From a virus (Duplodnaviria > Heunggongvirae > Uroviricota > Caudoviricetes), in IMG/VR virus record IMGVR_UViG_2645727821_000016: DNA of 22,822 nt; one strand, given 5' to 3'. The notes under the pieces are model-generated. The model saw nothing but the letters and a program-made list of their open reading frames with translations, ran no database searches and was not told where the DNA came from. Below, in pieces: positions 1 to 7,947 of this stretch. A program made the translations under genes and the position numbers. How positions within the stretch are numbered: position 1 is the stretch's first letter; each line of letters begins with the position of its first letter.

Positions 1-471
1 TTAAAACGCTCCAGAGTACACACCATCGCATCGGCAGGTACTTTTTCCACCGTGGTTATTGAAATGGATCAGTAATGCGCATCCGTCGTTTTCGATGGGT
101 GATTTTTGTGTGGCTGGTGGTTGTTTCTGACTGAAATAACTGTCTTCCAGTTTTTCGAACGCATCCCACGCCTGATCGGTTTCGAGCATTTTTGCGTGGC
201 GGGCTGCTCCGCGTTCTGTCCAGAGGATGAGGGAGCGGGTTTTTGGGGAAATTTGCAGGTAACTAAAAGTTACTCGCCAATTTTTCAGATCATCGCCAAC
301 GACTTTGAAATAATGCTTCCCTTCCAGAAAACGAGTCTGATTACGTGAATGATTCATTTTTATGTTGGCAACATCTGTTCCATAAAGATGTGCCAATAAC
401 TCGGTGGTAAGGACAGGAATCTGGTTATGGGTGATCTGTGAGAGACTTTCAACAGAGATTTGAGTTGTCAT
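1..471 (-). CDS. ORF6N/antirepressor-like N-terminal domain protein (hypothetical), lying outside the integrase
   Basis: Complete 156-aa ORF on the track. The N-terminal region (HYFKVVGDDLKNW ... LILWTERGAARHAKMLE) resembles the ORF6N/KilA-N-type fold of phage antirepressors, by recall only. It lies beyond the int end of the prophage, so it may be a remnant of a neighbouring element or a host-side gene. Confidence 0.4.
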   Translation of the reverse strand: MTTQISVESLSQITHNQIPVLTTELLAHLYGTDVANIKMNHSRNQTRFLEGKHYFKVVGDDLKNWRVTFSYLQISPKTRSLILWTERGAARHAKMLETDQAWDAFEKLEDSYFSQKQPPATQKSPIENDGCALLIHFNNHGGKSTCRCDGVYSGAF

Positions 472-630
472 AATGACGCCCTCTGGTGGTTTCTAAATAA
501 CCCACCACCGACGATGCCAATCATCTGGTGGTGAACTGTGCAGGGTTGGCATAACCGGGAAACCGACCGGCGCGGATCTCTCCGCCCCCACACAGCCCAC
601 CATAATTCAGATGTGCGCGTGCATACGACA

Positions 631-654
631 ATAAAAAACACGCTCGCGGCGTGT
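631..654 (-). terminator. Putative rho-independent terminator downstream of int (minus strand)
   Basis: Inverted repeat acacgc/gcgtgt (638-643 and 649-654) with a 5-nt loop; the adjacent A-run on the plus strand gives a U-tract after the stem on the minus-strand transcript. It lies about 90 bp past the int stop. Confidence 0.45.
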
Positions 655-741
655 ATCTGTCGCGGTTTCTATCCGGGATGCCAATCCCGACGCCAGATTT
701 TGCTGGCGTGCGCAGACTATAATCCCGGACGGTTATTTTTG

Positions 742-1860
742 TCAAACAACCAACTTAACCCATTCCTGACCTCGAGTATCGTTATAGCGATCGGTGGTTG
801 CCTGGACTTTATGTCCTAGTAATGTTTTTGTATCGATACCCTGTGCACGGTACAGCCGTTCTGATAGAGAGCGTTGTTCATGAAATGTTGGCGGCGTTTT
901 TCCTGCTGGTGGAATTATCCCAGCCAGATCCCGTGCTTTGGCAAAGTAGTCGCTCAGGTTGTCTTTACTCATTGGCTTTGGTTGTTTCTGGTGCCGACTA
1001 TGGATTAGATATGGACTTAATATTCTGTCTCGGCATCCATCAATAACTTCTTTTAACGTTATCCCAATGGCATCACAGCGTAGTGTAAGCGGCAACGCCA
1101 GACGCATTCCGGTTTTTCCCTGGGTGATATGCAAGTGTTCGTTCCACACATCTGAAAAACGCATGTGGCAAATGTCATCACGGCGCTGACCAGTAACAAT
1201 CGCAAGAAGCATTGCGTTACGGATAAAGTGTTTTTCAGGCGTTGCATTGTAAATTTTTTGCCAGTCTTCCAGGGTGAGTCTGGCTCTGGTTACTTTAGGG
1301 ATCGGTTTACGGGTAGCCTCCGGAGGATTCCATCCGGGAGGAACTTCCCCTGCATGCTGTGCTTCTTTATAAATATCAACCCATAATCCACGGTTTACTC
1401 TCGCCGTACTGACCATGTCTTTATCCAGCCACTCATCCAGTATCAATGCAAAGTCTCTTACTTCCAGTTCTTTCAATGGGTGGTTTCCCAGACGGGAAAC
1501 CAGGTATGCAGCCATTCGGGCTTTTTCTTTGTGGGTTGTAGCTGCAATATCTCCATTTTTCAGTCGCGTGTCCTGTATTTTCAGATATCGATCAACCCAT
1601 GCCTTTAATCTAATACCCCGACGTTTTGTTGCTGACGGACTGTCATCAATTTTGCGCATGAAATATTCAGCTTCTGCTGCAGCTATTCGCTGATTGGCTG
1701 TGGAAGCGATTTTTTCTGCCTTACCTTTGTCTGTTCCGAGTCCGTGAAATTTTCCAGTCACAGGGTTTTTATACTGGTAGTAAACTCTGCCAGTTCTGCG
1801 ATCAAACTTTTCATAAAGTCCGGCTACGTCAGTGCTGTTTTTTCGTGGCCTCGGTGACAT
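742..1860 (-). CDS. int: Tyrosine-type site-specific integrase (lambda Int family)
   Basis: 372-aa ORF whose C-terminal region (PPTFHEQRSLSERLY ... LLGHK ... RGQEWVKL) aligns by eye with lambda Int (PPTFHELRSLSARLY ... LLGHK ... RGREWDKI), carrying the catalytic R/H/Y context. Its 5' end overlaps the excisionase 3' end, as is typical. Confidence 0.93.
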   Translation of the reverse strand: MSPRPRKNSTDVAGLYEKFDRRTGRVYYQYKNPVTGKFHGLGTDKGKAEKIASTANQRIAAAEAEYFMRKIDDSPSATKRRGIRLKAWVDRYLKIQDTRLKNGDIAATTHKEKARMAAYLVSRLGNHPLKELEVRDFALILDEWLDKDMVSTARVNRGLWVDIYKEAQHAGEVPPGWNPPEATRKPIPKVTRARLTLEDWQKIYNATPEKHFIRNAMLLAIVTGQRRDDICHMRFSDVWNEHLHITQGKTGMRLALPLTLRCDAIGITLKEVIDGCRDRILSPYLIHSRHQKQPKPMSKDNLSDYFAKARDLAGIIPPAGKTPPTFHEQRSLSERLYRAQGIDTKTLLGHKVQATTDRYNDTRGQEWVKLVV

Positions 1861-2098
1861 GAGTTAAAATCTCCTTCAGTGCATCATCATCGCCAGTATG
1901 AATTTCCGGCGCAATTCCCGTTTCACCAGGCCCAACAAATACTGCTCGGCGATCTATCAGCCAACGCCCACGAATTTTTTGTGGTCTTGGAACGATGTAT
2001 CCTAGTTTTCCGTATTTCACCAGGGTAGTGTTTGTTATTGGGAGACTGAACCGTTTTGGTTTCCACTCATCGAGCGTTATCAGGTACTGTTCGCTCAT
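1829..2098 (-). CDS. xis: Excisionase (Xis-like)
   Basis: Small basic ORF immediately upstream of and overlapping int. ATG at 2098 is preceded by GGAG about 8 nt upstream on the minus strand; the track's longer version begins at a GTG at 2107. Position and size are classic for xis. Confidence 0.75.
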   Translation of the reverse strand: MSEQYLITLDEWKPKRFSLPITNTTLVKYGKLGYIVPRPQKIRGRWLIDRRAVFVGPGETGIAPEIHTGDDDALKEILTHVTEATKKQH

Positions 2099-2159
2099 GG
2101 CTATCACTCCGGAACGCGCCAGTTGCAGAATACCAACGACAACTGGCGACGGTTGAACA

Positions 2160-4631
2160 TTAAAAATCAGCCTGACTCGGGATCAGTTTTTGCCAGATAG
2201 CTGAAACGTATTTTGCTTGGTAACGGGCGTCATCAAGTGCATTATGGCGCTCACCTTCGAATGGAATAGCCGTTCTGGCATCGAAGTCAATGGCTTTCCC
2301 CAGCTCGACGATTGTGCGTACATCGCGATCGTTGTAGTAACGCCACGGGCAGGGGATCCCCTGCCGTTCGTATGAACGGCGCAAAATCGTGTTGTCGAAG
2401 TTGGCTCCATTTCCCCAGACCTGAACAAAAAATTCACCGGAGTTTTCGTCGATAAATTCCCGCAATTGTAACAGTGCATCATCTAACGGGATTTCATCGG
2501 TCATAATGGCAGATTGCGCTTCGCGTGATTGCTTAAGCCACCGTTTAATGGTGCCCCGATCAATGACTCCGCCAGCAGTTTCCAGATCGATAGTCTTACT
2601 AAATTCCGGTCCCATATCTCCGGTTTGCGGGTCGAAAAATATTGCACCTATTGAGATGATCGGGGCATCAGGATTTTTTCCCATGGTTTCAAGGTCGATC
2701 ATTAGATGGTCACACGTCCTGCTGGTGGATGTGTCTTTTTGATGACCATGCACCTTAATTAAGGAATTTGTCGTCCTGCCAGTTTTATCACCGCTATCGT
2801 TATGCTGATAGTTGTCAGCATCTTCCGGATGCGGATGTCCAGGGCTTTCCATCTCCTCCGGAGCTTTTTCCTGAGATTCATCTGAATCTTCCTCGCAGAA
2901 TGTCTCATGGTAAGTTGCGTCACCCATTACTGAGCCACAGTCAGGGCATGTGCCCCCGCCAGTTTCCCCACAAACATTACAGGGATTTTTCTGTGTATGT
3001 TGCGCTGCTGGCTCCGGATGTATCGTTTTTGGTTCATTTTGGTGTGCGTCCTGGCTATTTTGTCCCGATTCTGGCCTGGTTTGTTCCGCTTCTGGTTGAT
3101 TCTGGTTCGAAGACTCGCGAGTCTGGATCCCCTTGACCCATTTCGGATCATTAGGGTCGCTAATCCCCTCAACAAATTCACCACGCGATACAGCAAGTAA
3201 CTTATCGGCGTCAGGCTGGCTGATATTGGCTGCCTGCATAATTTTGTTTACTTCGTCAGCGGTAACTTTTACCGGCCCTGGTTGTGCGGTCGTGTCAGAT
3301 GCACCAGTATTTTGTTGTGAACCTGAGTATGTACCGTTTTTGCGGGCGAAATATTCTTCTTTCGTGATTTCAGTAGCCCCAGCAGCCAGTGCCTTATCCA
3401 GACCAGAAAGTTTGTTTGCGCGACCGTATTTTTCGCCATCCTTGTCGGTGAAGAGGAAGTAGAACGGCCCCTCACGCTCTACAGATGGTTCGACTTCCAC
3501 TTTACATTCGGTTTTTTCGTTGTCCTGAATTGCCGTTTCCACTGCATCAGTTTCTGGTACTGGCGACGAGAGAGTATCAGTTGCGCTCTGATTTCTTCCT
3601 TCATCTTCAAACACGCCCTTTGTAGTCAGGTATTCAGTAATGTATTTGTTCAGTGCCACAGGGGCTTTGTGAATGTCGATCGGACGTTCACGGACAAGGC
3701 CAAAAATAGTCTGGCGATCGTAGCGAAGGGCATCAGGCTGTTTGCGCATTGATGCTGAGATACGCTTCCAGTCTTCGCGGTCGTTGTCGATAACTTCATT
3801 TTTTGCCCAGCGATGGATGCTGCCGTCAATGTTTCCGGCATCCACATCACCTGGCCAGAGAGCGTAGGCCAGTTCGTCATCCAGTGTTTTCCATGTCTGC
3901 TTGTATTCGCGATGAGTGGCAGCAATGACCGGGTTGATTTTTCCTGTTGAATTATCAGTGTTCTGTTGATTGGCTCTGGCGCGGGCGAGATCAACAACAG
4001 ACGTGTATTTTCCGGTTTCCTTGCGTTCACCTTCGCGACGTTTTTTCCAGATGCGCATCTCTGCCTGAATTTCGGGCCATTTAGCACCAGGAATACATTT
4101 ATGCTTAACCCACCCGATGGCATGCAGCTTAAGCTCCGGATACATAGCGTTAACTTCTGGCATTTTCATCAACGCTTCAACGATATGTCCGTCGAATGTT
4201 GCCATGTCTTCCTGCAACAATTCCTGCGCGCTAATCACCATATCAACGGTGATGTTTTCACATGTGTCGAACTTAACCATGACAGCGTTCTGTACTTCAG
4301 GGGCCAGCTTGTCAAAAGTGACGTTCATCGGATCTGATTCAGTCTCAACCGGGACAAAGGAAGCAGACTCCTCATCCCAGCGGTTTTCCTGCATATATTC
4401 AGCATCCCAGGAATCGAGGGCAGGGCGGGGTATACCGGGTTTATCCTCGCAAACAAGAAATTTATAAGCGCAGTCCTGAGCAGCCGGATAATGTTCCAGG
4501 AATTGCCAGTGAAATTTTGCGCGGGCGCGACGTTCATCACCGGCTTCAATGGCAGTGGCTACAGCGACTGCACCTTCTTCCTTTATTGCCTGTTCGTCCG
4601 GAATGGCGGCGCAAATAAAGACTTTACTCAT
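2160..4631 (-). CDS. Prophage exonuclease VIII (RecE)-like protein with internal Cys4 zinc ribbon and C-terminal DnaQ-like (DEDDh) 3'-5' exonuclease domain
   Basis: 823-aa ORF with a GAGGT Shine-Dalgarno upstream of ATG 4631. A central segment (DADKLLAVSRGEFVEGISDPNDPKWVKGIQTR) matches my recollection of a RecE segment. Zinc-ribbon motif CNVCGETGGGTCPDCG. The C-terminus carries DEDDh motifs: DLETMG (Exo I), VWGNGANFD (Exo II) and HNALDDARY (Exo III, H-x4-D). Confidence 0.85.
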   Translation of the reverse strand: MSKVFICAAIPDEQAIKEEGAVAVATAIEAGDERRARAKFHWQFLEHYPAAQDCAYKFLVCEDKPGIPRPALDSWDAEYMQENRWDEESASFVPVETESDPMNVTFDKLAPEVQNAVMVKFDTCENITVDMVISAQELLQEDMATFDGHIVEALMKMPEVNAMYPELKLHAIGWVKHKCIPGAKWPEIQAEMRIWKKRREGERKETGKYTSVVDLARARANQQNTDNSTGKINPVIAATHREYKQTWKTLDDELAYALWPGDVDAGNIDGSIHRWAKNEVIDNDREDWKRISASMRKQPDALRYDRQTIFGLVRERPIDIHKAPVALNKYITEYLTTKGVFEDEGRNQSATDTLSSPVPETDAVETAIQDNEKTECKVEVEPSVEREGPFYFLFTDKDGEKYGRANKLSGLDKALAAGATEITKEEYFARKNGTYSGSQQNTGASDTTAQPGPVKVTADEVNKIMQAANISQPDADKLLAVSRGEFVEGISDPNDPKWVKGIQTRESSNQNQPEAEQTRPESGQNSQDAHQNEPKTIHPEPAAQHTQKNPCNVCGETGGGTCPDCGSVMGDATYHETFCEEDSDESQEKAPEEMESPGHPHPEDADNYQHNDSGDKTGRTTNSLIKVHGHQKDTSTSRTCDHLMIDLETMGKNPDAPIISIGAIFFDPQTGDMGPEFSKTIDLETAGGVIDRGTIKRWLKQSREAQSAIMTDEIPLDDALLQLREFIDENSGEFFVQVWGNGANFDNTILRRSYERQGIPCPWRYYNDRDVRTIVELGKAIDFDARTAIPFEGERHNALDDARYQAKYVSAIWQKLIPSQADF

Positions 4632-4723
4632 TTTGTTTTACCTCATTACAGATTTAAGGGTGAACAAATCCCTGCCATTGCTGGCATATAAGAATGAAAT
4701 CGGATGTTTATTACGGAACAGTT

Positions 4724-4915
4724 TTAAAGACCTGCCGGGATTTCGTTATTATCCTGGTGAATAACTTTATCGACCGGGTAACAGTTACCGGGAATTTTCT
4801 GTTCGGTTGCTGCAGTCACACACTCCTGCATTGTCCTGTGAACACTGACTGCAGTATCAACTGGCTCTCCGGAAACAAGAAAAACTGTCAGAACAAGTGC
4901 AAATGCTGTATTCAT
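4724..4915 (-). CDS. Small secreted/membrane-anchored hypothetical protein (signal-peptide-like N-terminus)
   Basis: Start chosen at the internal ATG 4915, with AGGA 8 nt upstream. The N-terminus MNTAFALVLTVFLVSG is hydrophobic and signal-like. The start overlaps the stop of the upstream small ORF in an ATGA arrangement (4912-4915), suggesting translational coupling. Confidence 0.35.
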   Translation of the reverse strand: MNTAFALVLTVFLVSGEPVDTAVSVHRTMQECVTAATEQKIPGNCYPVDKVIHQDNNEIPAGL

Positions 4916-5100
4916 TGCCAGCATCCTTTTTGTATCGGACGTAAACGGGCCAACATTGAAAGAATGCATATTTTATTTAATAGCTCCCGTTCGTGTTTTC
5001 TCTTGTTAATGGCATCTTCAGTAAATACAGGGTTACTGATAGTGACACCAATTTCAAAACAACCTTCAGACGTATTAACGTTTGGTAATAACGTTTCCAT
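4912..5100 (-). CDS. Small hypothetical early protein
   Basis: Internal ATG at 5100 with GAGGA about 8 nt upstream; a 62-aa product in the leftward early operon; stop overlaps the downstream start. Confidence 0.3.
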   Translation of the reverse strand: METLLPNVNTSEGCFEIGVTISNPVFTEDAINKRKHERELLNKICILSMLARLRPIQKGCWQ

Positions 5101-5665
5101 TATCGCGTCCTCAACAATGAATTTTGTGATGCGGTGCCTGGTGCTTCCAGGTGACGTTAACCAGTTAACAATTAACGCCGGATACAGAGAATCCACCCAT
5201 AACACTGTTTTTGGTTTTAACTGTTCCGCGTGCGCTTAGCCGCATTCACCGCATCACAAAATTCACTTTAAAAAGGGCGGCAGAGCAGTCACGGAGTAAA
5301 ACTGATACCGCCAAACGTCACCAGAAAATTGATAACAGAGGGCGTTGCAGCGGGGTTGTCACTTAAGCGTATGGTCAACCTGACAACCCGGTGTCCTCAA
5401 CGGTGGAAGGAATAACCCCGCCATACTTACCGCCGCGCCATTTCGCGGATTGCCACAACCGGAAGCGCACGGTCGACGAAAATTTAACGACAGGCTATCT
5501 ATGAACCAGCTACCTCGCCGTGCGCTTTCGCGTTATGGTCTGACTTTTCAGGGAAATATCCTTTCAGTAAACTGTCAGTGCCGGATGCTCACCCGTGTCC
5601 GGCGCACGCACTCCACCTCACCCGTGGAGAACTCCTTAATTACCAACCTTAGCTTCGTTGGTTAG

Positions 5666-5887
5666 CTATTCACGCGGGTATGTAATCATTCTGGCAATGC
5701 TTAATGCCGCTGCTTGTTCCAGATTGGTGATATCCTGCTCCAGAGCGGACAGATTTTCAGCCTGCTTAGCCCTGGCTTCATTGGCCCATTTCAAATCCTG
5801 CGCTGCATTAATTTTCTGGCGCATCCACTCATAAAGTTCATCATTGGTATAGTCTGGCGCGATGATGACGGGTTCTCGTTTCTGCAT
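5666..5887 (-). CDS. Hypothetical protein (leftward early operon)
   Basis: 73-aa ORF on the track, co-oriented with the neighbouring early genes; no recognisable motif. Confidence 0.4.
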   Translation of the reverse strand: MQKREPVIIAPDYTNDELYEWMRQKINAAQDLKWANEARAKQAENLSALEQDITNLEQAAALSIARMITYPRE

Positions 5888-5916
5888 ACTGATTCCTCGC
5901 GGTGCTGCTTCGCTTA

Positions 5917-6045
5917 TCAGCCGTTAGATTTTGCCGAGCTGGAAAGCGCCTGTTTAAACTCACTGAAGCTGAGAGCTTCTTCGCCTTCGGCAAGGCCTTC
6001 GAAGTATTCTTCGTAAGCCTTTTCCATGATTGTGTCGAAATCCAT
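5917..6045 (-). CDS. Small acidic hypothetical protein (42 aa)
   Basis: Not on the track because it is under 60 aa. Translating the minus strand from ATG 6045 gives MDFDTIMEKAYEEYFEGLAEGEEALSFSEFKQALSSSAKSNG, ending at 5917. The start lies 2 nt after the stop of the upstream YdaF-like ORF, an operon-like arrangement. Confidence 0.3.
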   Translation of the reverse strand: MDFDTIMEKAYEEYFEGLAEGEEALSFSEFKQALSSSAKSNG

Positions 6046-6046
6046 A

Positions 6047-6202
6047 TCACTCACCTGAGTTTCTTTCCAGCCAGCGACGGGCACCATTTTCGGTTTTAAA
6101 CGTTTTGCTTTTGGTATACGTCATCGCGGTGAACGTACCGTCCTGGTTGGGGAACACGCCACATACCAGAGATTCGCTGTTGCCAAGATCGATAGTATCC
6201 AT
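6047..6202 (-). CDS. YdaF-like small prophage protein (Rac-type)
   Basis: Internal ATG at 6202 with GAGGT 5-6 nt upstream gives a 51-aa protein, MDTIDLGNSESLVCGVFPNQDGTFTAMTYTKSKTFKTENGARRWLERNSGE. This matches my recollection of E. coli Rac YdaF, which also lies to the left of the repressor. Confidence 0.55.
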   Translation of the reverse strand: MDTIDLGNSESLVCGVFPNQDGTFTAMTYTKSKTFKTENGARRWLERNSGE

Positions 6203-6408
6203 GCTGACCTCATTTCCCCTTAACGCCGGGGTAGCGGAACAAAAACCTGCTGCATAGTTATTAAAGTTGAACCCTGCCGTCATGTTCTTACGCCTCGGGC
6301 TGGCTACTTAACCCCTGACCACTGCCTGGTAACTAGAAGTATTGCCCTGCATTCTGTGGGGTGGGGAGAGGGAATGAATTAAGTTTAGAAAAATGAACTT
6401 TTCAGGTC

Positions 6409-6430
6409 AATGTTTTTTTATCAAAACATT
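6409..6430. promoter_or_regulatory. Palindrome in the intergenic region left of the repressor gene (candidate operator or leftward-operon control site)
   Basis: aatgtttt (6409-6416) and aaaacatt (6423-6430) form an 8-bp inverted repeat inside the 210-bp noncoding gap between the repressor gene and the leftward early genes. Confidence 0.3.
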
Positions 6431-6494
6431 TTAAGCAGGCAGCTGTTAAGCCATCACCACGATGGCATACAGTTAATCAAATAGATGAGGTCGG

Positions 6495-7133
6495 TTAAAT
6501 ATTTTGTTGAATTTTAAAGCATACGCCCAATATGCAAGATAGATCATCCAGCATAATTGAAGGGTAGCGAGGATTCGTGGGGACTAAAAGAATATCCGGC
6601 CCTTCTATCTCCAGTTTACGAATGACAGGTGTTGTGGTCCCTTTGGGTAAGGCAAGGACAATATTTCCTGGTTGTACGGTTCGATCGGGATCAACAAAAA
6701 CTGTTGAACCATTTGGGATGGAAACTCCCCCACCAGATGTTGACATACTGTCACTCTCTAGAACAACTGCAAAGGTATTGGCCGGGATTTCTCCGACAAG
6801 CTGCACACAAGAGGTTATTGAGGAATTTTTCATATAATCACTCCAGCTTGCTGCCTGCTGAAGTGATAGTAGCGGAACCGTTTTTATCGGCGGTAAAGAT
6901 AGATCAAGCGAATCACCTGTATTTAACTCTCCTCCATTAAGAAGCCAATTTTCGTTTACTTTCAATATTTTTGCCAGTGAACTTATGTAACGCGAGGACG
7001 GCGCTCCTCCACCGTTCATCCATTGACTTACGGAGCCTTTTGATGCGCCAGTGGCATTGACAAGGTCTTTGCCTTTCAGGTTTAGCGCATGCATACGTTG
7101 GGTTATGCGTTCAGATATTGTTTGCTTGTTCAT
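6495..7133 (-). CDS. CI-type prophage repressor (XRE-family HTH plus LexA-like S24 autopeptidase domain)
   Basis: 212-aa ORF. The N-terminus has an HTH-like segment (LKGKDLVNATGASKGSVSQWMNG). The C-terminus has S24-like elements (ESDSMS serine context, downstream VIRKLE lysine). It is divergent from the cro-like gene, and no strong Shine-Dalgarno is visible, so it may be leaderless like lambda cI. Confidence 0.88.
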   Translation of the reverse strand: MNKQTISERITQRMHALNLKGKDLVNATGASKGSVSQWMNGGGAPSSRYISSLAKILKVNENWLLNGGELNTGDSLDLSLPPIKTVPLLSLQQAASWSDYMKNSSITSCVQLVGEIPANTFAVVLESDSMSTSGGGVSIPNGSTVFVDPDRTVQPGNIVLALPKGTTTPVIRKLEIEGPDILLVPTNPRYPSIMLDDLSCILGVCFKIQQNI

Positions 7134-7224
7134 GTTTTGATTTTAAAACACAGATGGTTTTGTTTCTTGACTTTCTTTGGTTTTGATTATTAAACTTTTG
7201 GCGTTCAGTTTTATGGAGCGACTC
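7134..7224. promoter_or_regulatory. Immunity-region divergent promoter/operator segment between repressor and cro-like gene
   Basis: 91-bp AT-rich gap containing a rightward TTGACT at 7166-7171 with TATTAA/TTAAAC -10 candidates 15-17 bp downstream, plus repeated ggttttg/ttttgatt motifs that could be operator half-sites. Confidence 0.5.
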
Positions 7225-7467
7225 ATGAAAAAATCAGAAGTATTAGGCTATTTTGGCGGAGTTGTTAAAACAGCCGCAGCTCTAGGAACGTCAAAAACCA
7301 CAGTCAGCATGTGGGGGGAAGAGGTTCCGTGGAAATGGGCGTTGCTAATTCAGGCAGTCACTGCCGGGGCGCTCAAATATGAGTTACACATACCGACGGT
7401 TGTCATTCCCGGTTCTGATCATAATCCGCCTTCTAACCAAGGGGGGATTCATGAAAATCAAGCATGA
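7225..7467 (+). CDS. Cro-like HTH regulator (YdaS family)
   Basis: ATG at 7225 with GGAG 7 nt upstream. The product MKKSEVLGYFGGVVKTAAALGTSKTTVSMWGE... has a Cro/CI-type HTH and sits divergent from the repressor. It resembles Rac YdaS by recall. Confidence 0.75.
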   Translation: MKKSEVLGYFGGVVKTAAALGTSKTTVSMWGEEVPWKWALLIQAVTAGALKYELHIPTVVIPGSDHNPPSNQGGIHENQA

Positions 7468-7876
7468 ACACATCCGCATGGCGATGAATGCCTGGGCGCG
7501 TCCTGATGGCGAAAAAGTTCCGGCAGCTGGAATAACCCAGGCTTATTTTGAGTTGGGTATGACGTTTCCTGAACTGTACGACGACAGCCATCCGGAAGCC
7601 CTGGCTCGCAATACCCAGAAAATTTTCCGCTGGATAGAGAAAGACACCCCTGATGCAGTTGAAAAAATTCAGGCGTTGTTACCAGCGATCGAAAAGGCAA
7701 TGCCACCTTTGCTGGTGGCCAGAATGCGCAGCCACAGTTCAGCTTATTTTCGGGAGCTGGTGGAGACGCGGGAGCGACTGGTGAGAGACGCTGATGATTT
7801 TGTCGCAGTGGCAATCGCCGGTTTCAATCAGATGAACCGTGGTGGCCCGGCAGGAAATGCTGTGGCAGTACATTGA
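7451..7876 (+). CDS. YdaT-like protein (occupies the CII position)
   Basis: ATG at 7451 preceded by AAGGGGGG; the product begins MKIKHEHIRMAMNAW..., and I recall Rac YdaT beginning MKIKHEH. It overlaps the cro-like gene by 17 nt. Confidence 0.65.
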   Translation: MKIKHEHIRMAMNAWARPDGEKVPAAGITQAYFELGMTFPELYDDSHPEALARNTQKIFRWIEKDTPDAVEKIQALLPAIEKAMPPLLVARMRSHSSAYFRELVETRERLVRDADDFVAVAIAGFNQMNRGGPAGNAVAVH

Positions 7877-7947
7877 CTGACAATAGCCATATCGAATCGC
7901 TTCCGGCAACTCGTGAGTAAAAAGATTCGGTATCAGAAGAGGTGAGT

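Noticed and set aside
480-741. Searched the region beyond the int 3' end for a tRNA gene or recognisable attachment-site core
   Set aside because: No cloverleaf could be folded by eye and no repeat could be matched, because the other prophage end is outside the window; the attachment site remains unassigned.
521-819. Track ORFs 521-745 (minus) and 538-819 (plus) in the int-flanking region
   Set aside because: They overlap each other and the int 3' end, and span the putative int terminator, with no ribosome-binding sites; likely noncoding.
2183-4549. Multiple internal and antisense ORFs within the exonuclease gene (for example 2183-2482, 2927-3196, 3650-4123, 3966-4337)
   Set aside because: All are embedded in or antisense to a long ORF with clear motifs; no independent signals.
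4694-5239. 181-aa plus-strand ORF on the track
   Set aside because: Cys-rich low-complexity translation, antisense to two coupled minus-strand ORFs with good ribosome-binding sites, in a region where all neighbours are minus-strand.
5450-5665. 71-aa plus-strand ORF in the 5240-5665 intergenic region
   Set aside because: Opposite in orientation to the surrounding operon and lacking a ribosome-binding site; the region more likely holds regulatory or RNA structure.
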